Positions 12,132-25,830 of a stretch of 64,000 nucleotides of DNA are shown here, in pieces. Position 1 is the stretch's first letter, and every line of letters begins with the position of its first letter. The stretch covers positions 28,026,001 to 28,090,000 of the forward strand of contig CM119372.1 in NCBI GenBank assembly GCA_051294905.1, in the 5' to 3' direction. Both the position numbers and the translations under genes were made by a program. The DNA is from Botryllus schlosseri. Taxonomy: Eukaryota. A model generated the notes under the pieces. It saw only the letters and a list, made by a program, of their open reading frames with translations, ran no database searches and was not told where the DNA came from.

Positions 12132-15100
12132 CTTCATTATTAATTCAAGCTATATTATGTAGATATCAATTGATCTAGCGACAGTTCGTTGATTGGTTTC
12201 TCTCAAAGAATGTATGTATGTGACATAATACGAATTTATGATCCTTTCATTGCTGTAGATCCGTGGTTCTTGAACCATTTTTCCTCCAGTGCCCCCTTTC
12301 AAAAATTATCGTGCTCCAGCGCCCCCCACCTCATATTGTGAAGACAATGGGTAAGAGGGAGGGCCGTAACAGCATTTCGTCAGCCCCCTAAAAACGATTG
12401 TCTTGCGCACCCATAGCCTGATAAACCAAACTTCTGAGGGCATCACCCCCAAGAACCCCGTCGCGTGATTTCGATGGTCAACAAAGTTTCTGTGGCCTGG
12501 TCTCCCTAGGCGCCAAAATTTACTATAATGCATGAATGGTTGGGTGGTAATTGCACATATATGTCGCTATAAACTTTTATCCTCTCAGTCAACGTAATGA
12601 GAGTTACCAGCAGCGCTGAGTGAGCTGTTGTATTGGAAAATGAAGGCCACGTAATTAATAATTGAACATATTCGGGCGTGCCCGTTGGTACAATTAATTC
12701 GTTACATGTTGTTATTTTAATTGATCTTGTCCGATATATATAGTCAAAAGATATTGAAAAGCATAAACGTATTAAACTAAAGTAATCACAAGTGCTTCAA
12801 AATAGGTATTTCTTCATTGGCAAATAATTTTCTCTGATGGATGTTATTTGTCCTGAGGGGGTGCAGATTGCGACGACATGATAATTCGGCACGAGCGATT
12901 TCAGCACCTATGGACAATTAGACTTATATACCCTACATCGAAGTTTACGGTCAACATAAGGGCAATCCTCTTCGGCTAAGGTTTTCTCACTGACGATCTT
13001 TTTGACACACTTCTCGGATTCCCATATTGACCGGAACTTCATATGTCTTTGTGCATCGTGGCGTGGAAATGGCCGACGCCGAAATGCCTATTTCTGTTTT
13101 CTATAATTATATTCTTTCGTGAGGGAGTCGGTAAAACATGATGTGTAATTTATGTTCATTCACCGAAATAATTTAGGGCACCCTTCGAGCTCACCGATTG
13201 GGGGTTTGGGTTACAGCAGTTTCGGTCCTGGTAAGAGGTCAAAGTCCTTTCGGGACTTTGATATTGGAAATATTTCGTGCGTCAATCGCGCTCGAGAACC
13301 ATTCGACTATAATAAACCATATAATAATTGTGTGTGGTGTATTCAGGGACAAATCAACGCTGTCATAACAACAATCGGGTAAGGTCTTATACCATGTGGT
13401 TCGAACCATCCCGAATTCACATCACGATTGGCAATACGAAGAAATTATTGGTATTGGATTTTGTCTTAGTGTTTTGTGTAACTATAAGTAGGGGAGATGT
13501 GGTAATGGATCAAAAACTGCAAAATGATCTCTGGCCCTCAAATCTTCATCCATAGCGGATCTTATGCTGTCTCAACACTTTGATACAAGCTCTACCTGTC
13601 GCGGACATTTACATGGATATCCTCCTTTTCAAAAAATATTTATAAACGTTTAAAATTTGTTGCTCGAACGTGTCATCGGTCCCCACTCGGTGGGTCCAAT
13701 GGCACAAGACCATGGGACATATGACACATACGCTCAAAACTGACATTTTCAACTTGTTCTGTTGTGTACTATAATCTAAGCTACAGGATAAAGAAGAATG
13801 TTTCGTCGCCACTTACAAGAATAAAAAATATTATATCAACTCAAATATGGGATAAAATCACGTTTTGATTTCCGCCGAAACTTTCAAAATTAATGCCACA
13901 GACATATTACCATAAAACCGACATGGTGACTTTCAAATACCTCATAATAGCGATAAAACACCACGGGTGACTATGATTTACAGCAGGGGTCGGCAACCTT
14001 TTGCTAGTCACGGGCCGAATTTCGAGTGCACAACTTTTTGGCGGGCCGGAATTTTTCTTAATGCTATATTTTACGCTCACTTCCGTATAGTATCATACAT
14101 CATACATCTCAATCATACCAATCACAAAACACATGTATTTACACTTCAACAATGCAGAATAAATGTGACAATTGATGCAGCTTGCTTTGTGAAAGGTTTT
14201 CAACTTCTGGTAACAAGTCAGATGATGCCGGAACCAGACCATAATCTAAATGGGCGTCCGAAATACGTGATCTTAGCTTGCTCTTCGTGAATTTGATTGT
14301 TCAAACTATTGTTCACATGCGTACGTGCTACAAAAAATGGATTCTATTTCTTTTGCATTGTTGGTCAAGCTGGAATAAAGACCAATTTCAAGAACTTACT
14401 CTTTGTCAAAGTCATGCAGCGATATGCTCTTTGTATGAAATTTGTCATTCAATTCAACTGCATCGCATTTCAAAAGGGCCCATTAGAAATTTTCGAGCAA
14501 TGGTATTGGCGTCCACATTAGATGGAGTACTGAATAGTCAGAATTTATTTTGTAGAGAAGGAATGTCGGAATAGCGGGTGAATAGTCAGTAATTAAATTT
14601 CGTATCACAGTTACAAATGTAGTGTTGGTACTAGGTTTTCTCTCGTTCAGTATAGGAAAGTGAGCATAATTTTCGTTGTACTGTTGACATTCCCAGAGTC
14701 GCAGATTTGTTTCGAAAGCCCCTCAACATCTCATGTATTCAGTTGTTTTCTCCCCGAAGTTGAGAATTCAATTTGTTCAGATGTGACGTTAAATGTACCA
14801 GGAAAGCAAGATTAGATTTTCGATTACAAGATTATGAGTCGGCGATATTGGTATTTTCTAGAAAGTTGCTATCATCTTTACTTTCATTCAGTGTGCAATT
14901 GTGCATGTCTCCTCTTTACATCGCCTAGGCCAAGGTGGGTGTCTGATTCTATAGACTAGGCTACTTCAAGTCGCTTCGACATCTTCCTGTCTTTTCATTG
15001 CATCGCATTTTTGTGGTGTATTGAACTGATAAAAATCGGTAATAAACCAATGATGATGATGATGATGATTTCTCAGTTCATACACTCGTCTAAGCATAGC

Positions 15101-15487
15101 TGCTCGACTTAATGCGCGAACATGGCAGATATACAGGACATCGCCATATTGATTTACTGCTTTTAGTAATATCTGGCGCAACTGTTGGTGATTCAGTTTG
15201 TGAGACAAAATCACAAAAAACACTGTTCATGTTTGTTGTGTTGGCGTACAATGCCTTCTGGTGAATTAAACTATAGATAACTATAACCTACGGAGGCTAG
15301 TTATCTATAATTAAACAGCGTAAGTTTGAGATGTTGTCATTGCGTCTGAGATGTTCCAAGCGTTTTTGAAGCAGAGGAAGGACACCTTTATTGTCACACC
15401 CCATTAGAGTGGTAAACCCGTTGAAAAGCATGGTACACCTTCGGTTGCGAGATGCACCCGAAAGATAACCACTGATCTAGTCTAATC

Positions 15488-17222
15488 CAGTGCTCTTCAA
15501 CCTTTTTCGACGTGGTACACCCTTTTAACGTTTGCTCGAAACTCGTACACCCCTGTTCATTAGGGGTCTTCAAACATGACTATTTTTCTCAAATCGTACT
15601 GGCTACTTGATAAAATTGTTAGGTTACCTAACTTAAGCCTACACACCAAATTTGGTTCAATTCCAACAAGTAGCCGCCTTGCTACGGGAGAGGAAAGTTT
15701 CTATTTACTATACAAAAATAAATAACGAAAAATTTGAAATTTTTCTGTTCACCCTATGAAAGTATTAGGTTATCTATAAAAACTATGTTCTTCAAATTTG
15801 GTTCAATTCCGACCAATAGAAGCGGAGTTGTTGCCGTCAAAAAAATTGGATTTGAATAAAATAGTATTTGGTCACAGAGTCGCAGCCAGTTAGGCAGCCC
15901 GCCACGCAAATTTAGGCTTACCATATTTTGGAAATCTAAAAAGAGGACACTTTTTCAGAAATTTGAGACTTGCAAAACCGGAGAAGAATTCTAAAAAACC
16001 GGTGAATTTTTCCCACTTGGTGATCGGTTGACTGAAATAAAAGGTCGTCTTTCCGCTCAGAGCTCAAAATACCGTTTTTCTCTCCGCATTGCTAGGTGCA
16101 TGACTAAAAAAAAGGTCAACGTTTCACTCAGAGCTAAAATCACAGTTTTTCACTCCGAAATACCCGCCGGAGCGTCACTTCTGTGCTGATTTACGGCATA
16201 TCACTCGCAATTTGCACTAAATCTGACCTGAATTTTCAAAAAAGAGGACAAAATCTCAAAAAAAGGGGACAAAAGGGCGTCCTCCGAGGACACTTTCAAA
16301 AAAGTCAAAAAAGAAGACAAATCCTCTTAAAAGAGGACGTATGGTAACCCTACGCAAATTGGAATTTATTTCGTGTCAGAGCAAAAACAGCATGATATAA
16401 CGAACGCTAATCAACCTAAATGTAACAGTATTGGGGGGAGAGTAGGTAAAGCTAGTGCTGCAGAAACGGTAATTCAGATCAGCGATGATAGCAGGCGCAC
16501 CAGCCTACTGCGCACCAGGCCTGCCACACACCACACAGAGTCTATAGTAGTACATGGGCTGCAAGAGATGTCAGTGACCTCAGAATCGTATGCCGCTACA
16601 CACAGTCCATTGTCGCTAATTTACATCAGTTATAACAAAATACTAAATTGCTAATGTGTGGCGAAAGATTGGACAAACAGTCGGCATTTTAAAACAAAAG
16701 GGTTTCGATTTCAATGTGGAAGCTGTTTCGACCCTGGCTGGCTACGTCACTTCATGTATGTGCATTGCGGTATTTATTAGCGTCGGGTAGGAAGCACAGA
16801 TTCAAAAAGTCTGAGCTATCGCGGCGGTTTCCTCAAAAATCCCTAAAATACAAATGACTAGCTGAAAACATGTTTGTTAACTGCATACTTTACAACACCA
16901 AACGGAACCATTGGTCTATTGCCGACGGCTAAATGAAGAGAAGAAATATTTGCTTATGACATCACTATTAAGCGGTGTACAGTATTACACTTGAGATAAC
17001 ATTGTACCATATTGCTCGTTAACCTGTGCGTCAACCCGTCTGTACTGACCTATAAACCTGCATTTGTGATAGCTAGCCATCGGCTCATTGTTACTCGGAT
17101 CTGGTACACCCCTGTACACCCCATCCTAGTGGTACACCCCTGTACACCCCATCCGAGTGGTACACCCTTTGCAAATTCTGGTACACCCTAGGGTGTACGA
17201 CCACCCCGGTTGAAGAGCACTG
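15488..17222. mobile_element. hAT non-autonomous element (GTACACCCC motifs)
   Basis: Perfect TIR CAGTGCTCTTCAACC; perfect TSD GTCTAATC. Confidence 0.92.
15913..16352 (+). mobile_element. MITE family D (AAAGAGGAC motifs)
   Basis: TIR TAGGCTTACCATA / TATGGTAACCCTA; perfect TSD CGCAAATT; closely similar to 53537-53914. Confidence 0.92.
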
Positions 17223-18741
17223 GTCTAATCTACAGACAATCTCGATTTCCTACTTCAACCGCTTTCGTTTTATAGCGTAACAATAGACTAATACGATGTA
17301 GGCTACTTATATCGTAGCAATGCCGCATTCTTTCCCAGCAGTGCTGCACTGCATATTGAAACTCATTATGAAACGGCGGGCCGTATTCTGGTGATAACTA
17401 ATCATCATGTCGCGGGCCGGACGATTTCGCTTGGCGGGCCGGATCCGGCCCGCGGGCCGTAGGTTGCCGACCCTTGATTTACAGCCTCTATATATGTAGG
17501 CGTGTTTCTGCTGTCAAGTGATTAGTTGGTCCAACTATTTTGCTTGACTTGTTACCATAGGTCCCCCACCCAAAAATATTGTAATTGAATTAGAAATAGT
17601 CCACTCGAGGATAGTATCGATTCAAAAGAATATATGACATTACCCTGATACTTCACATCAAAGTTATTGCGGGTTTGTTAATCCGGAAAGTGATATAGAA
17701 AAATGTATATGTTATTTGACACCCCTTAAATTGTAAATCATTTGGCACAGACCCCATAACTCATGCAGGCTGAAGTTTTTTGCCTGTTAGGAAAGATGCT
17801 GCCACCCAGCATGCCATGTCAACAAAGAATAGGATGCATATATCTGCTCACATTGAATTTAGTACTGTAGGCCTACACAGTTAATAATTTCTACATGAAT
17901 GTAGGCTATTCCTAACAAAGCAACTCATATTATACAACGTTCATGTGAGGTTGTGAACCACAACACTAGATAGTATCATCCTTTATGATACGATGAAGAA
18001 ATATTCTGACGATTTAATACTTTAGCTCTCAAATACAAGTGTATTTAGTTATTTATTTCGTGCACAAAGCTTCAAAACTTATTTTATGTACAAGGGGCTC
18101 TCACTCTTAAAAGTGATATACAGTGCCTCCTTCGATTTTCACACGCTGTGCGCTGCGGGATATAGTATCTATTTTGAAATATTTTGTGGAAAATAACCAT
18201 ATAAGCAAGCGCAACGGCAATGTTTTAACGGTAAAATGGTGATCTAAAAGTACGCGCAATTTGTTTTACATGGATTATAATAACCCACTACATTTATGAA
18301 AACATATGTATAGCAAACATCGTCGCGTAGCGCAACCAAAAATTTCGGGCTTTGACATGTTTTGTGGAATGTTAATTATTTGCTGTGAATGCTCATTAAG
18401 GATATATCATACTACCACATCATCTAATGCGAAGAAATTTTTCATCAGCGCCCTCCATATCGCTCCCTGAGCCCAGCGCCCCCCTTATCGCCCCCTGAGC
18501 GTGTCCTCCCGTTTCAAAATCGCCAGTGCCCCTTGGGGGTGTTGCAGGCAAGGTTAAGAACCACTGCTGTAGATGGTGTGGAAATCATAATAATTCATCA
18601 AAAACTACGTGTAATAATACACGATACTAAATGATAACATGATGAAAGCTGACTTGTGTATTTGTATCTATACACCATCTTTGGAGGCAGAGGCATATAG
18701 CAGTCAAGGGCGTAATTCGCTACCTAGTGCTGGTTCGTAAC

Positions 18742-19422
18742 CTATGTTTTCTCCTCTAAGCTGCGCACGTGCGCAATTGCGCAGTGCTGACACGGTCTCT
18801 GCGTACAGAAAATCTAAGCTGCGCACAAAAAATCCTAAGTGATGACTAGGGCAAGTTTTTGTTGCAGGTAAATCCGTGAAAAGATGCATTTATTTTTTCA
18901 CAAAAGTTGCACTAAAAGACCACCTTTTTCTCGGTTGACTAAAAAAAAAAAGGTAAACTTCCCAGTTTCACTCCCGAAATACAATTTTCCATCTGCATTC
19001 ACTCTATTGATTGACTAAAAAAATGGTCAACTTTCCGGCTCAGCTACCGAAATACCCGTAAGAGCGTTACTTCAGTGCTGATTCACGGTATTTCAGTCGA
19101 ATTTGACCGTGTATTTCACCAAAATAGAAAATACCTTCATGAAAAATCGAAAAAGCTGCAAAATGTTGCAAAAAGTTACATGAAAAAAACAAACAAAAGT
19201 TGCAAAAGTTGCACTATAAGATTCCTTCAAACAGCTTAAAACATCATTCTACATATCTTCCGAGTATTAAGGAAGCTGCCGGAAGCTGTAAAAAAAGGTG
19301 CAAAGTTGCAAAAACTTGCCCCAGTGATGACTTCTTTTTGGTCATTATGCACTGTTGTCCAAGGGACCGCGCAGTAAGTTGGTTAGTGCGCGCAGACTCG
19401 TGAAAAATTAGAGGGAACATTG
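18742..19422. mobile_element. hAT-type MITE (CAATGTTCCCTCTAA-type end, TGCGCA motifs) hosting a nested MITE
   Basis: Ends CTATGTTTTCTCCTCTAA / TTAGAGGGAACATTG; both flanks contain tcgtaac. Confidence 0.6.
18847..19323. mobile_element. MITE (TTGCAAAA motifs)
   Basis: TIR TAGGGCAAGTTTTTG / CAAAAACTTGCCCCA; perfect TSD GTGATGAC. Confidence 0.85.
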
Positions 19423-19594
19423 TGTCGTAACCTCTAGCGGCATGGAATAAAGTAAGATTGTGTCGTAACTCGTAACTAGACGTTGAATAAATACATTACT
19501 TGACAAAATGAAATTAATTGACAGAATTTTCAACAAAACATAAGCTTCAACAAAGTCCAGGAAAAGATCACTTGAGAAAATTAAGAGATGTGCC

Positions 19595-20436
19595 TGATCC
19601 GCGGTCCGCCGTTTACATTGCGAATTTTCTGATAGCCCGCCGGTCCGCAGTTCCGCTAGGTCCACCGTTTAGTATTGCAAGTTCCGCTAGTTCCGCGGTC
19701 CGCTCGGTCCGCTGTTTAGATTTGAGCTATTTTCTGATGGTCCGCTCCAGAGATGAGCATGGATTAGAATTATGATTTGAAAAAATAGGATTTGTGAAAT
19801 TTTGTCGGATTTGGATTGGATCAGAATTAGAGATATATCCCATTTTTAAACGGATTAGGATTTGGATTGGATTTACCGATTTTCTCGGAGATTGATATAT
19901 CGTATGGCAGTTGGAAAATGGCATCAAACTTTATTCATATCAGTTATTGATGTACCTATGGTACACTAGACTATGGTCCTACTCGGTGCCAATGAACATG
20001 ATAGGTGCAGTCCTATGCTAAGTTATCTTAAATCAAGAGAATTGTTGGCTGTGGTATAAAAATTTCCAATTTCTCCCTTGCATAAATTATCATTTTTTCT
20101 GAATTCCAAGTTAGAATCGGATCAGGACTGGACATGGATTTGAATATACAGAATTTATGAATTTGGATTTGGATGAGGATTTGGAGCTTCGGATTTGGAT
20201 TGGATTAGGACATCGAAATTCCAAATCCGATCATCGCTGGTCCGCTCGGTCTTCAGTTCCGCCTGGTCCGCCGTTCAGTCAATCAGGTTTATTAATATTT
20301 TCATCGTTCAAAACATCAGAAGACTGCGATACAATGAAAAGATAGGAAGGTGTCGAAACAACTTGGAGTAGCCTTTAAGATCCGACACCCACCCACATGT
20401 TCCGCTGTTCCGCGGTCCGCCGTTAAGAGTTGCCCG
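19595..20436. repeat. GGTCCGC/GTTCCGC-repeat element split by a MITE
   Basis: CCGCGGTCCGCCGTT recurs at ~19599 and ~20410, with many (G/T)TCCGC units between. Confidence 0.6.
19748..20239. mobile_element. hAT-type MITE with (GGATTT)n subterminal repeats
   Basis: Ends CAGAGATGA / TCATCGCTG; perfect TSD GTCCGCTC. Confidence 0.88.
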
Positions 20437-20864
20437 ATTAGAAATGCTTTATCGCGGAGCTTCACGCACGAGGGCAACATATCTATACCGCAACATAAAA
20501 CGGACTTCGCGCTAGATTTTTCCTAAGGCTTTCCCGTTTTTATCTGATTCAGAAACATATTGGGGTAGTGTCATATCAACAACAGTTTGCAGGCTCGGTG
20601 GGAAGAGCCTAGTTCAGCTGGCGACTGCACGACCGTAGTCATTCTCATGAATACCATAGATGAGCGTGTGAACTGCTGAGATCATGACTAACTAGATTAA
20701 AGTCAGTAGTATAGGCCTGCGTATTCCTCAGAGTTGTACCTTACCAAAACACGGATAAAAATGCCATGCTTACTATAGTAGCCTATCGTATCCAATTGAC
20801 CCTACGACCCGAAATCCCAAACCATTCAACTGAATGTTAAATCTATTTATACGTTTTATGATTT

Positions 20865-21011
20865 AAGGGTTGTGTTTGAAACAAAAATCATTCTGAAACA
20901 AACATGTTCAAAACAAGGCCATTGTTTGAAACATGTTATTTTAAAGGCCTTTGTTTAAAACACTGTTAAAAACATGTTTTAAACAACCATTAAAAAAAAA
21001 ATGCAACCCTA
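20865..21011. mobile_element. Family I mini-derivative (ends only)
   Basis: Both ends of 33809-34392 fused, with AAACATGTTT motifs; no clear TSD. Confidence 0.65.
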
Positions 21012-21632
21012 TCTATGGACTGCAGTCTTCAAAATCCATCCAAGCCTTTAGTGTGGATTGTGACGAAGCGCTTGACTCCTGGAACAATACGCAAAATACA
21101 TCGTTTTCTAAAACTATCATTCATTATATTGGTGCCTGAAAATCCAATCTGCAACCAGACACATATACCGAGCTGGATTTAGACATACATAATGGACAGC
21201 ACCCAGCAGATACTTTATTGCTCATGGATAAATTTAGGGCTCTGATTTCAGAATTGTTATAAGTTCTTCGCTATCATGGATGATAAAACCCCTATATATG
21301 CCAGATGTTGGTGAAGGACTCCCCGCGGGCAACGTGAGGTCAGCGACAACCTTTTGTGAGACCCACGAAAGCGTCAAGAAACGTTATAAAATGTTAGGCC
21401 TATGTATTAATGTTGGCCTACGTTGTGACGTCAATGAGAATAAAATCATGTTGATCAGTGATTCTAACATTTGTTATCAGCGATCGGTAATGTTGGCTAT
21501 AAATTGATATAACTTTGTGTTAATCATGAATGTTATGTAAGTAATAATAATTATTAAATAAGGTGTAAGCGTTGGCTTTGACAACCACAAGGATACCGCA
21601 CGTTGTTCTTGAAAGATATGTTGATTTGTGTA

Positions 21633-22916
21633 CAGAGGTGGTCAAAGTAGTCATGAAAGCTACTCAAGTAGAAGTAGAAGTAGTGACGGCAAAATCTACT
21701 TAAGTACGAGTAGCAGTACTTATTTCATAGTCAACCTAAAACTGCTTGAAGTAGAAGTTGAATTGACTGACTTTAAATCTACTCAAGTAAGTAAGTATAG
21801 TTGTGAAAATAATCGTAATTCGTTCGCATGGACTGTCAAAAGCTTCAAATTGAGGTATGCGGAAGGTGTAGCGAGCTTGATTGATATTGATGCAGCCCAG
21901 GAGATGTCAGTTTTTTACAGAATAAGCTTTCGTCCACATCATGGGATGTAAATGATAGTATTGGTATGGAAATGCGATACTAATTCTTTGTTTACTCGAA
22001 CACCCCGTTTTAGACAATATCATGGCATGGCGCCCTACCCTATATTATAAGGCCCCTAGTTCAGTCGAAGAGCAATACGGAGAAATTGTGTCGAATACGG
22101 CTTTAACACTTTGCGCGATTAGTAAACGTTAATTAAAAATATGGCAGATCGTAAAAATGCCATATAGTGATAGCTTTATATTCGGAAAATATAAGGCATT
22201 ACTACACTTGCTTTTATAGTTCAACATGTGTGTTTTCCAGACAAAAGAACTGAAACTATAATTAGAACTCAACGTATAATGCTCGTAATTGAAAGAAAAA
22301 TACAAATACTACTTCTAAAAAGAGGAAAATAAATTATATGTTTTTTTTTCAGAAAGTTTCATTGAAGGTCTACTAAAACAGGTCCAACGTAAAAAAAGTC
22401 AAAGTCCACTTTTCCAGATTAGGACACATCATGGGCTGGGTACAATAGGTAGAATAGGGTATTGCTAGATTGCGAAACGATAGTTTCAAACGTTATGGGG
22501 GGCCATACTTACTGTGATGAAATATTTGGTAAAGGTGACAATGCAATGTGAACGGAACCACACAACCCGGTATCTAAATTATATTCAGCGATACTTTCGT
22601 TAAAACATATTTGTCACTCCATATTTACTGTGTGCGATGCGCTACGAAAATTCTGGTTATTACATGACTTTTATGAAAATTAAATGTTGGTATTACGTGA
22701 AAACAGCCCCGAAATTCCTCAGGCTATCGTTCTTATTGGGGGATTATACTACTTCTGCTTGACTAACTGAAAATAGCGAAAAGTAAGTAAGTAGTTCACA
22801 AAATATTACGAAGTAGAAGTAGCGAAAAAAAGATCTACTTGAGTAAGTACCAGAAGTATAGGAAACTACTTGAGTACTTCGAAAAAGTAGAAGTACTTCG
22901 TTACTGACCACCTCTG
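21633..22916 (+). mobile_element. hAT-type non-autonomous element, family B (AGTAGA repeats)
   Basis: TIR CAGAGGTGGTCA; perfect TSD TTTGTGTA. Confidence 0.93.
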
Positions 22917-24145
22917 TTTGTGTATTGCATAGATAAGAAGTGAAGCCTATCCATAAATAACCGTCATCAATTATTCAGAATATGTGGCTTTGTATAGCAA
23001 TGCACTCCTGTTTTTACCGCCCACCGCACCACCCAATCGGCGAACATAGCCTACCTTAGTCCGGTGAAGCATCTTTTCGAATGTTGTCAGAAAATGAACC
23101 AAAGGTGCTAGTCGCCAGATTGATGCTACGATTCAAGTACAGTTTCACTCTTTTGTGAGTTCTAAATGCGAACCCATTCACCTCGCGATGACGTAACTTG
23201 TCGATTTAGTGGAAAAGTGCTATTGTTGCGAGTTAATATTGTTCTTGGGTTCGCCCTTTAAGCTTCGAAGGAAAGCACTGCACGATGCCCCCGGAAAAAG
23301 CATGAACACCACGAGAGCAGCGGGAGTGCGATATTTATGATTTTTCTACTGTAGTGATTCTAGTACTAGATTAATCACTAACACGATACGCTGAAATTAA
23401 AATATTGAAGCTCCGTACCCCCAAGAAGCTCTTCGAATACAAAAGTGATAGATTTCTTCATTTTCTTTTTGTTTAATAAATTCCGGCTGGCTGGTGTGAA
23501 TGAAATTAAAAAAAGTGCGTATGGAGCTCAAAAACGTTTAAAAGTACTGATATAGCCGTGTACTGGAAAACATATGTTGAATCAGCGATCCAATATATCG
23601 CTCAGGCTTTGCAGAGCAACAGCTGGTGTATAATAATATAGAACGAGGAGAAGGAAAGAAAGGTTTACTGTGAAAGAAAGTCACACATTTTAAACAACAG
23701 ACCTGGAAGAAGAACAACATACAGAGTACTTATATACCTATATTCTACAGTAGAACGATAATTGCATATTCTGACAATAATCATATGTGATCGATTAGCC
23801 TACGTATTGCCAAAGCCGAGATTCGCAAATACTTCTTGTCGCGAACACAGATTAATTGTTCTAATTCCAGAGGCCCGAGTATGTAGTAAGCATTGAATTC
23901 TTTGGACCAGTGGTCGCGCAGAGTTGTCTTCCGGTACGCCAAATATATTCGGATATTTATAATCTCAATTCCAAAATGCATGGAGTTGTACGCTTTTCCA
24001 TTAATTAGAGAAATGAATTACCAAATGTTAAATAGATTTAGAAGTTTGGAACGTTTCTTTTCTGTACGGTATCGTATTATATAGCTCGTACGTCACAATG
24101 GTGAAGCTGTCGTACGAAACTGTTTAAAAGTAGCCCACCCACAGG

Positions 24146-24694
24146 CCCGGGGCGTGCAACATACAGCCTGGGGGCCGGATCCGGCCCGTGACGGGATTTT
24201 GAGCCGTCATGAAATTGAAATTCTAATCTGAAAGTATTGACAAATTTTATGCGTTACAGAATGATTTCAAGTTTGCCAACCTGAGAAAGAGGGTCATGAA
24301 ACTACCTGTTCTGTTCCAGTCTACATACATTTGTAAGCAAACATTTTCGACCGTGAACCTTAACCAGACAAAGCTTCGTTCCAATATCGCTGTTGTTCAC
24401 GTGCAGTCTTAACTGAAGGTTTCTACATCCGACATGCAGCGAGAGTTCAACGAACTTGCGTTGACAACTTCAATAGACCACAGATGTCTGATTGACTTCA
24501 ACAGGTATTTATAGCCTACATTAGGTCGATAAATTCATTAAATACGGTTTTTAGTCTCTTGAAGTTCACATTAAATATGGTTTATTCCTTAGGGTAATAA
24601 AAACGCGATTAATGTATCGATTCTGTTATCCGGCCTGCAAAGTACTTCATTGTCCCATATCAGGCCCGCCGACCGGAGAAGTTGCCCGTCCCTG
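24146..24694 (+). mobile_element. Decayed Buster-type hAT element with transposase C-terminal relic
   Basis: GGCCGGATCCGGCCCG subterminal motif; relic STYICKQTFSTVNLNQTKLRSNI; right end GTTGCCCGTCCCTG. Confidence 0.7.
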
Positions 24695-24924
24695 CCGACT
24701 ACAAATCATTTCGGATAAGCTATATGTGAAAGCTACAGAGACTTGTAAACGAACTTCGTTAAATTACGGCAGTGCCAGTAAGCGACACTTGGTAGTATAT
24801 TAGATGCTATACGCTATATCAAACCTCAAAGTCGCATTTCTTTCAAGCGATACCAAAACAATCGAACAATCACAGTCAAGCTACTTGTTGCTATTTGTGG
24901 ACTACTATGATCATTTAAACCAGG

Positions 24925-25130
24925 CCCATTTTTCTTTCTTTTTATTCCGCAGCTGCCGACTTGTAGCCCGATCCACTTCTAGGCTTTTATAAGACACCGC
25001 TACAAGGATGAGCCTAGATAAACCTCCAACACTTAGGTAGGAATTCTGGAGTCGACCTCGATCGGACCGCAACCCCCTACCCATTGGTGCTGTAGCTGTG
25101 ATTATGCACCTACGCCATCTTGCCACTCGC
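24925..25130 (-). mobile_element. tRNA-derived SINE, shared-core family
   Basis: A-box-like TGGCAAGATGG, B-box-like GGTCGACTCC, core GTTGGAGGTTTATCTAGGCTC and A-rich tail. Confidence 0.7.
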
Positions 25131-25830
25131 AATCAAGCTAGTGATATTTACCAGGACTTCGCGAAGTTCACCTGGCAGAAACTTAAGATATCCCTGGCAG
25201 AAACTTCAAGAGAACCACATGACACATATAAATATAGAATATCAAAAACGCAGCTTAGAATGAAGTTTCCAATATCACGTTTGAGTTGCATACCTATATT
25301 GTAATTAAATTTAGGGTTAATTCGGGCTTTCGGAGGTTCACCGGTCAGCAACAGACGTTTTGAAGTTTTAGCAGTCCGCGAAGTCAGAAAGGTTGAAAAC
25401 CACTGCGTTAGACATCTAATTGAATAAGCAGGTACTATTTTCTTTCACCTTATAGCGCGAAACTTGCAAATGAAAATTGGAACGCTGACGAGACGAGAGA
25501 CGACTATAGCTGGATTGTTGCGACTTAATCTGTGCGCAGCGTCGATTATTATTGTGGATTGCTTCACATCGTTGCTACTTTCCATAACAATGAAGATTAT
25601 ATTATTTGAGTATTTCGGGATAACTCAACACCCCTATTTCCCTAACCCAGACTAAATTATTGTATTTTCGAAATCAGTGCTCAATCAATGCAGTAACAAT
25701 GAAAGTTTAAGAATAAGTGCATCATCAGAAAGGTGCGATGCGATGGTTAGTTGAAAATAATATGCGAGCCGGATTGGCTACGTCTCGCGATACCGAATTC
25801 GGTCGCGCACCAGTATTTGCGGACTCCGCA

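Larger units (their letters stand above)
13984..17476 (-). mobile_element. Decayed Buster/SPIN-type hAT transposon with GTF2IRD2-like transposase relics
   Basis: TIR CAGGGGTCGGCAACC / GGTTGCCGACCCTTG; perfect TSD ATTTACAG. Minus-strand relics SHKLNHQQLR...YGDVLYICHVRALSR and CSTYACEQ...KSKLRSRISDAHL. Confidence 0.9.
13491..17815. mobile_element. TA-targeting element, interrupted and truncated copy of 47435-48396 in opposite orientation
   Basis: Starts TA|GGGGAGATGTGGTA; 13491-13983 and 17477-~17815 align with the reverse complement of the 47435 copy. Confidence 0.85.
12261..18566. mobile_element. hAT (Buster-type) element, outermost shell of a five-level nest
   Basis: Ends CCGTGGTTCTTGAACC / GGTTAAGAACCACTG; perfect TSD CTGTAGAT. 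Confidence 0.85.

Noticed and set aside
8090..12980. Diverged direct repeats (~8090-8345 and ~12750-12980) flanking CYP4, as if LTRs or a gene-capturing element
   Set aside because: They are highly diverged with no TG..CA ends or TSD, and the right copy sits inside a separate hAT element; more likely independent transposon fragments.
14966..15223. ORF containing a His6-like tract
   Set aside because: Chimera of a Buster transposase relic and a (TGA)n microsatellite tail from an inserted repeat; not a gene or a vector tag.
18702..19505. Possible solo LTR (GTCAAG...CTTGACA) split by MITEs
   Set aside because: The 5' TG is missing and there is no TSD; insufficient support.
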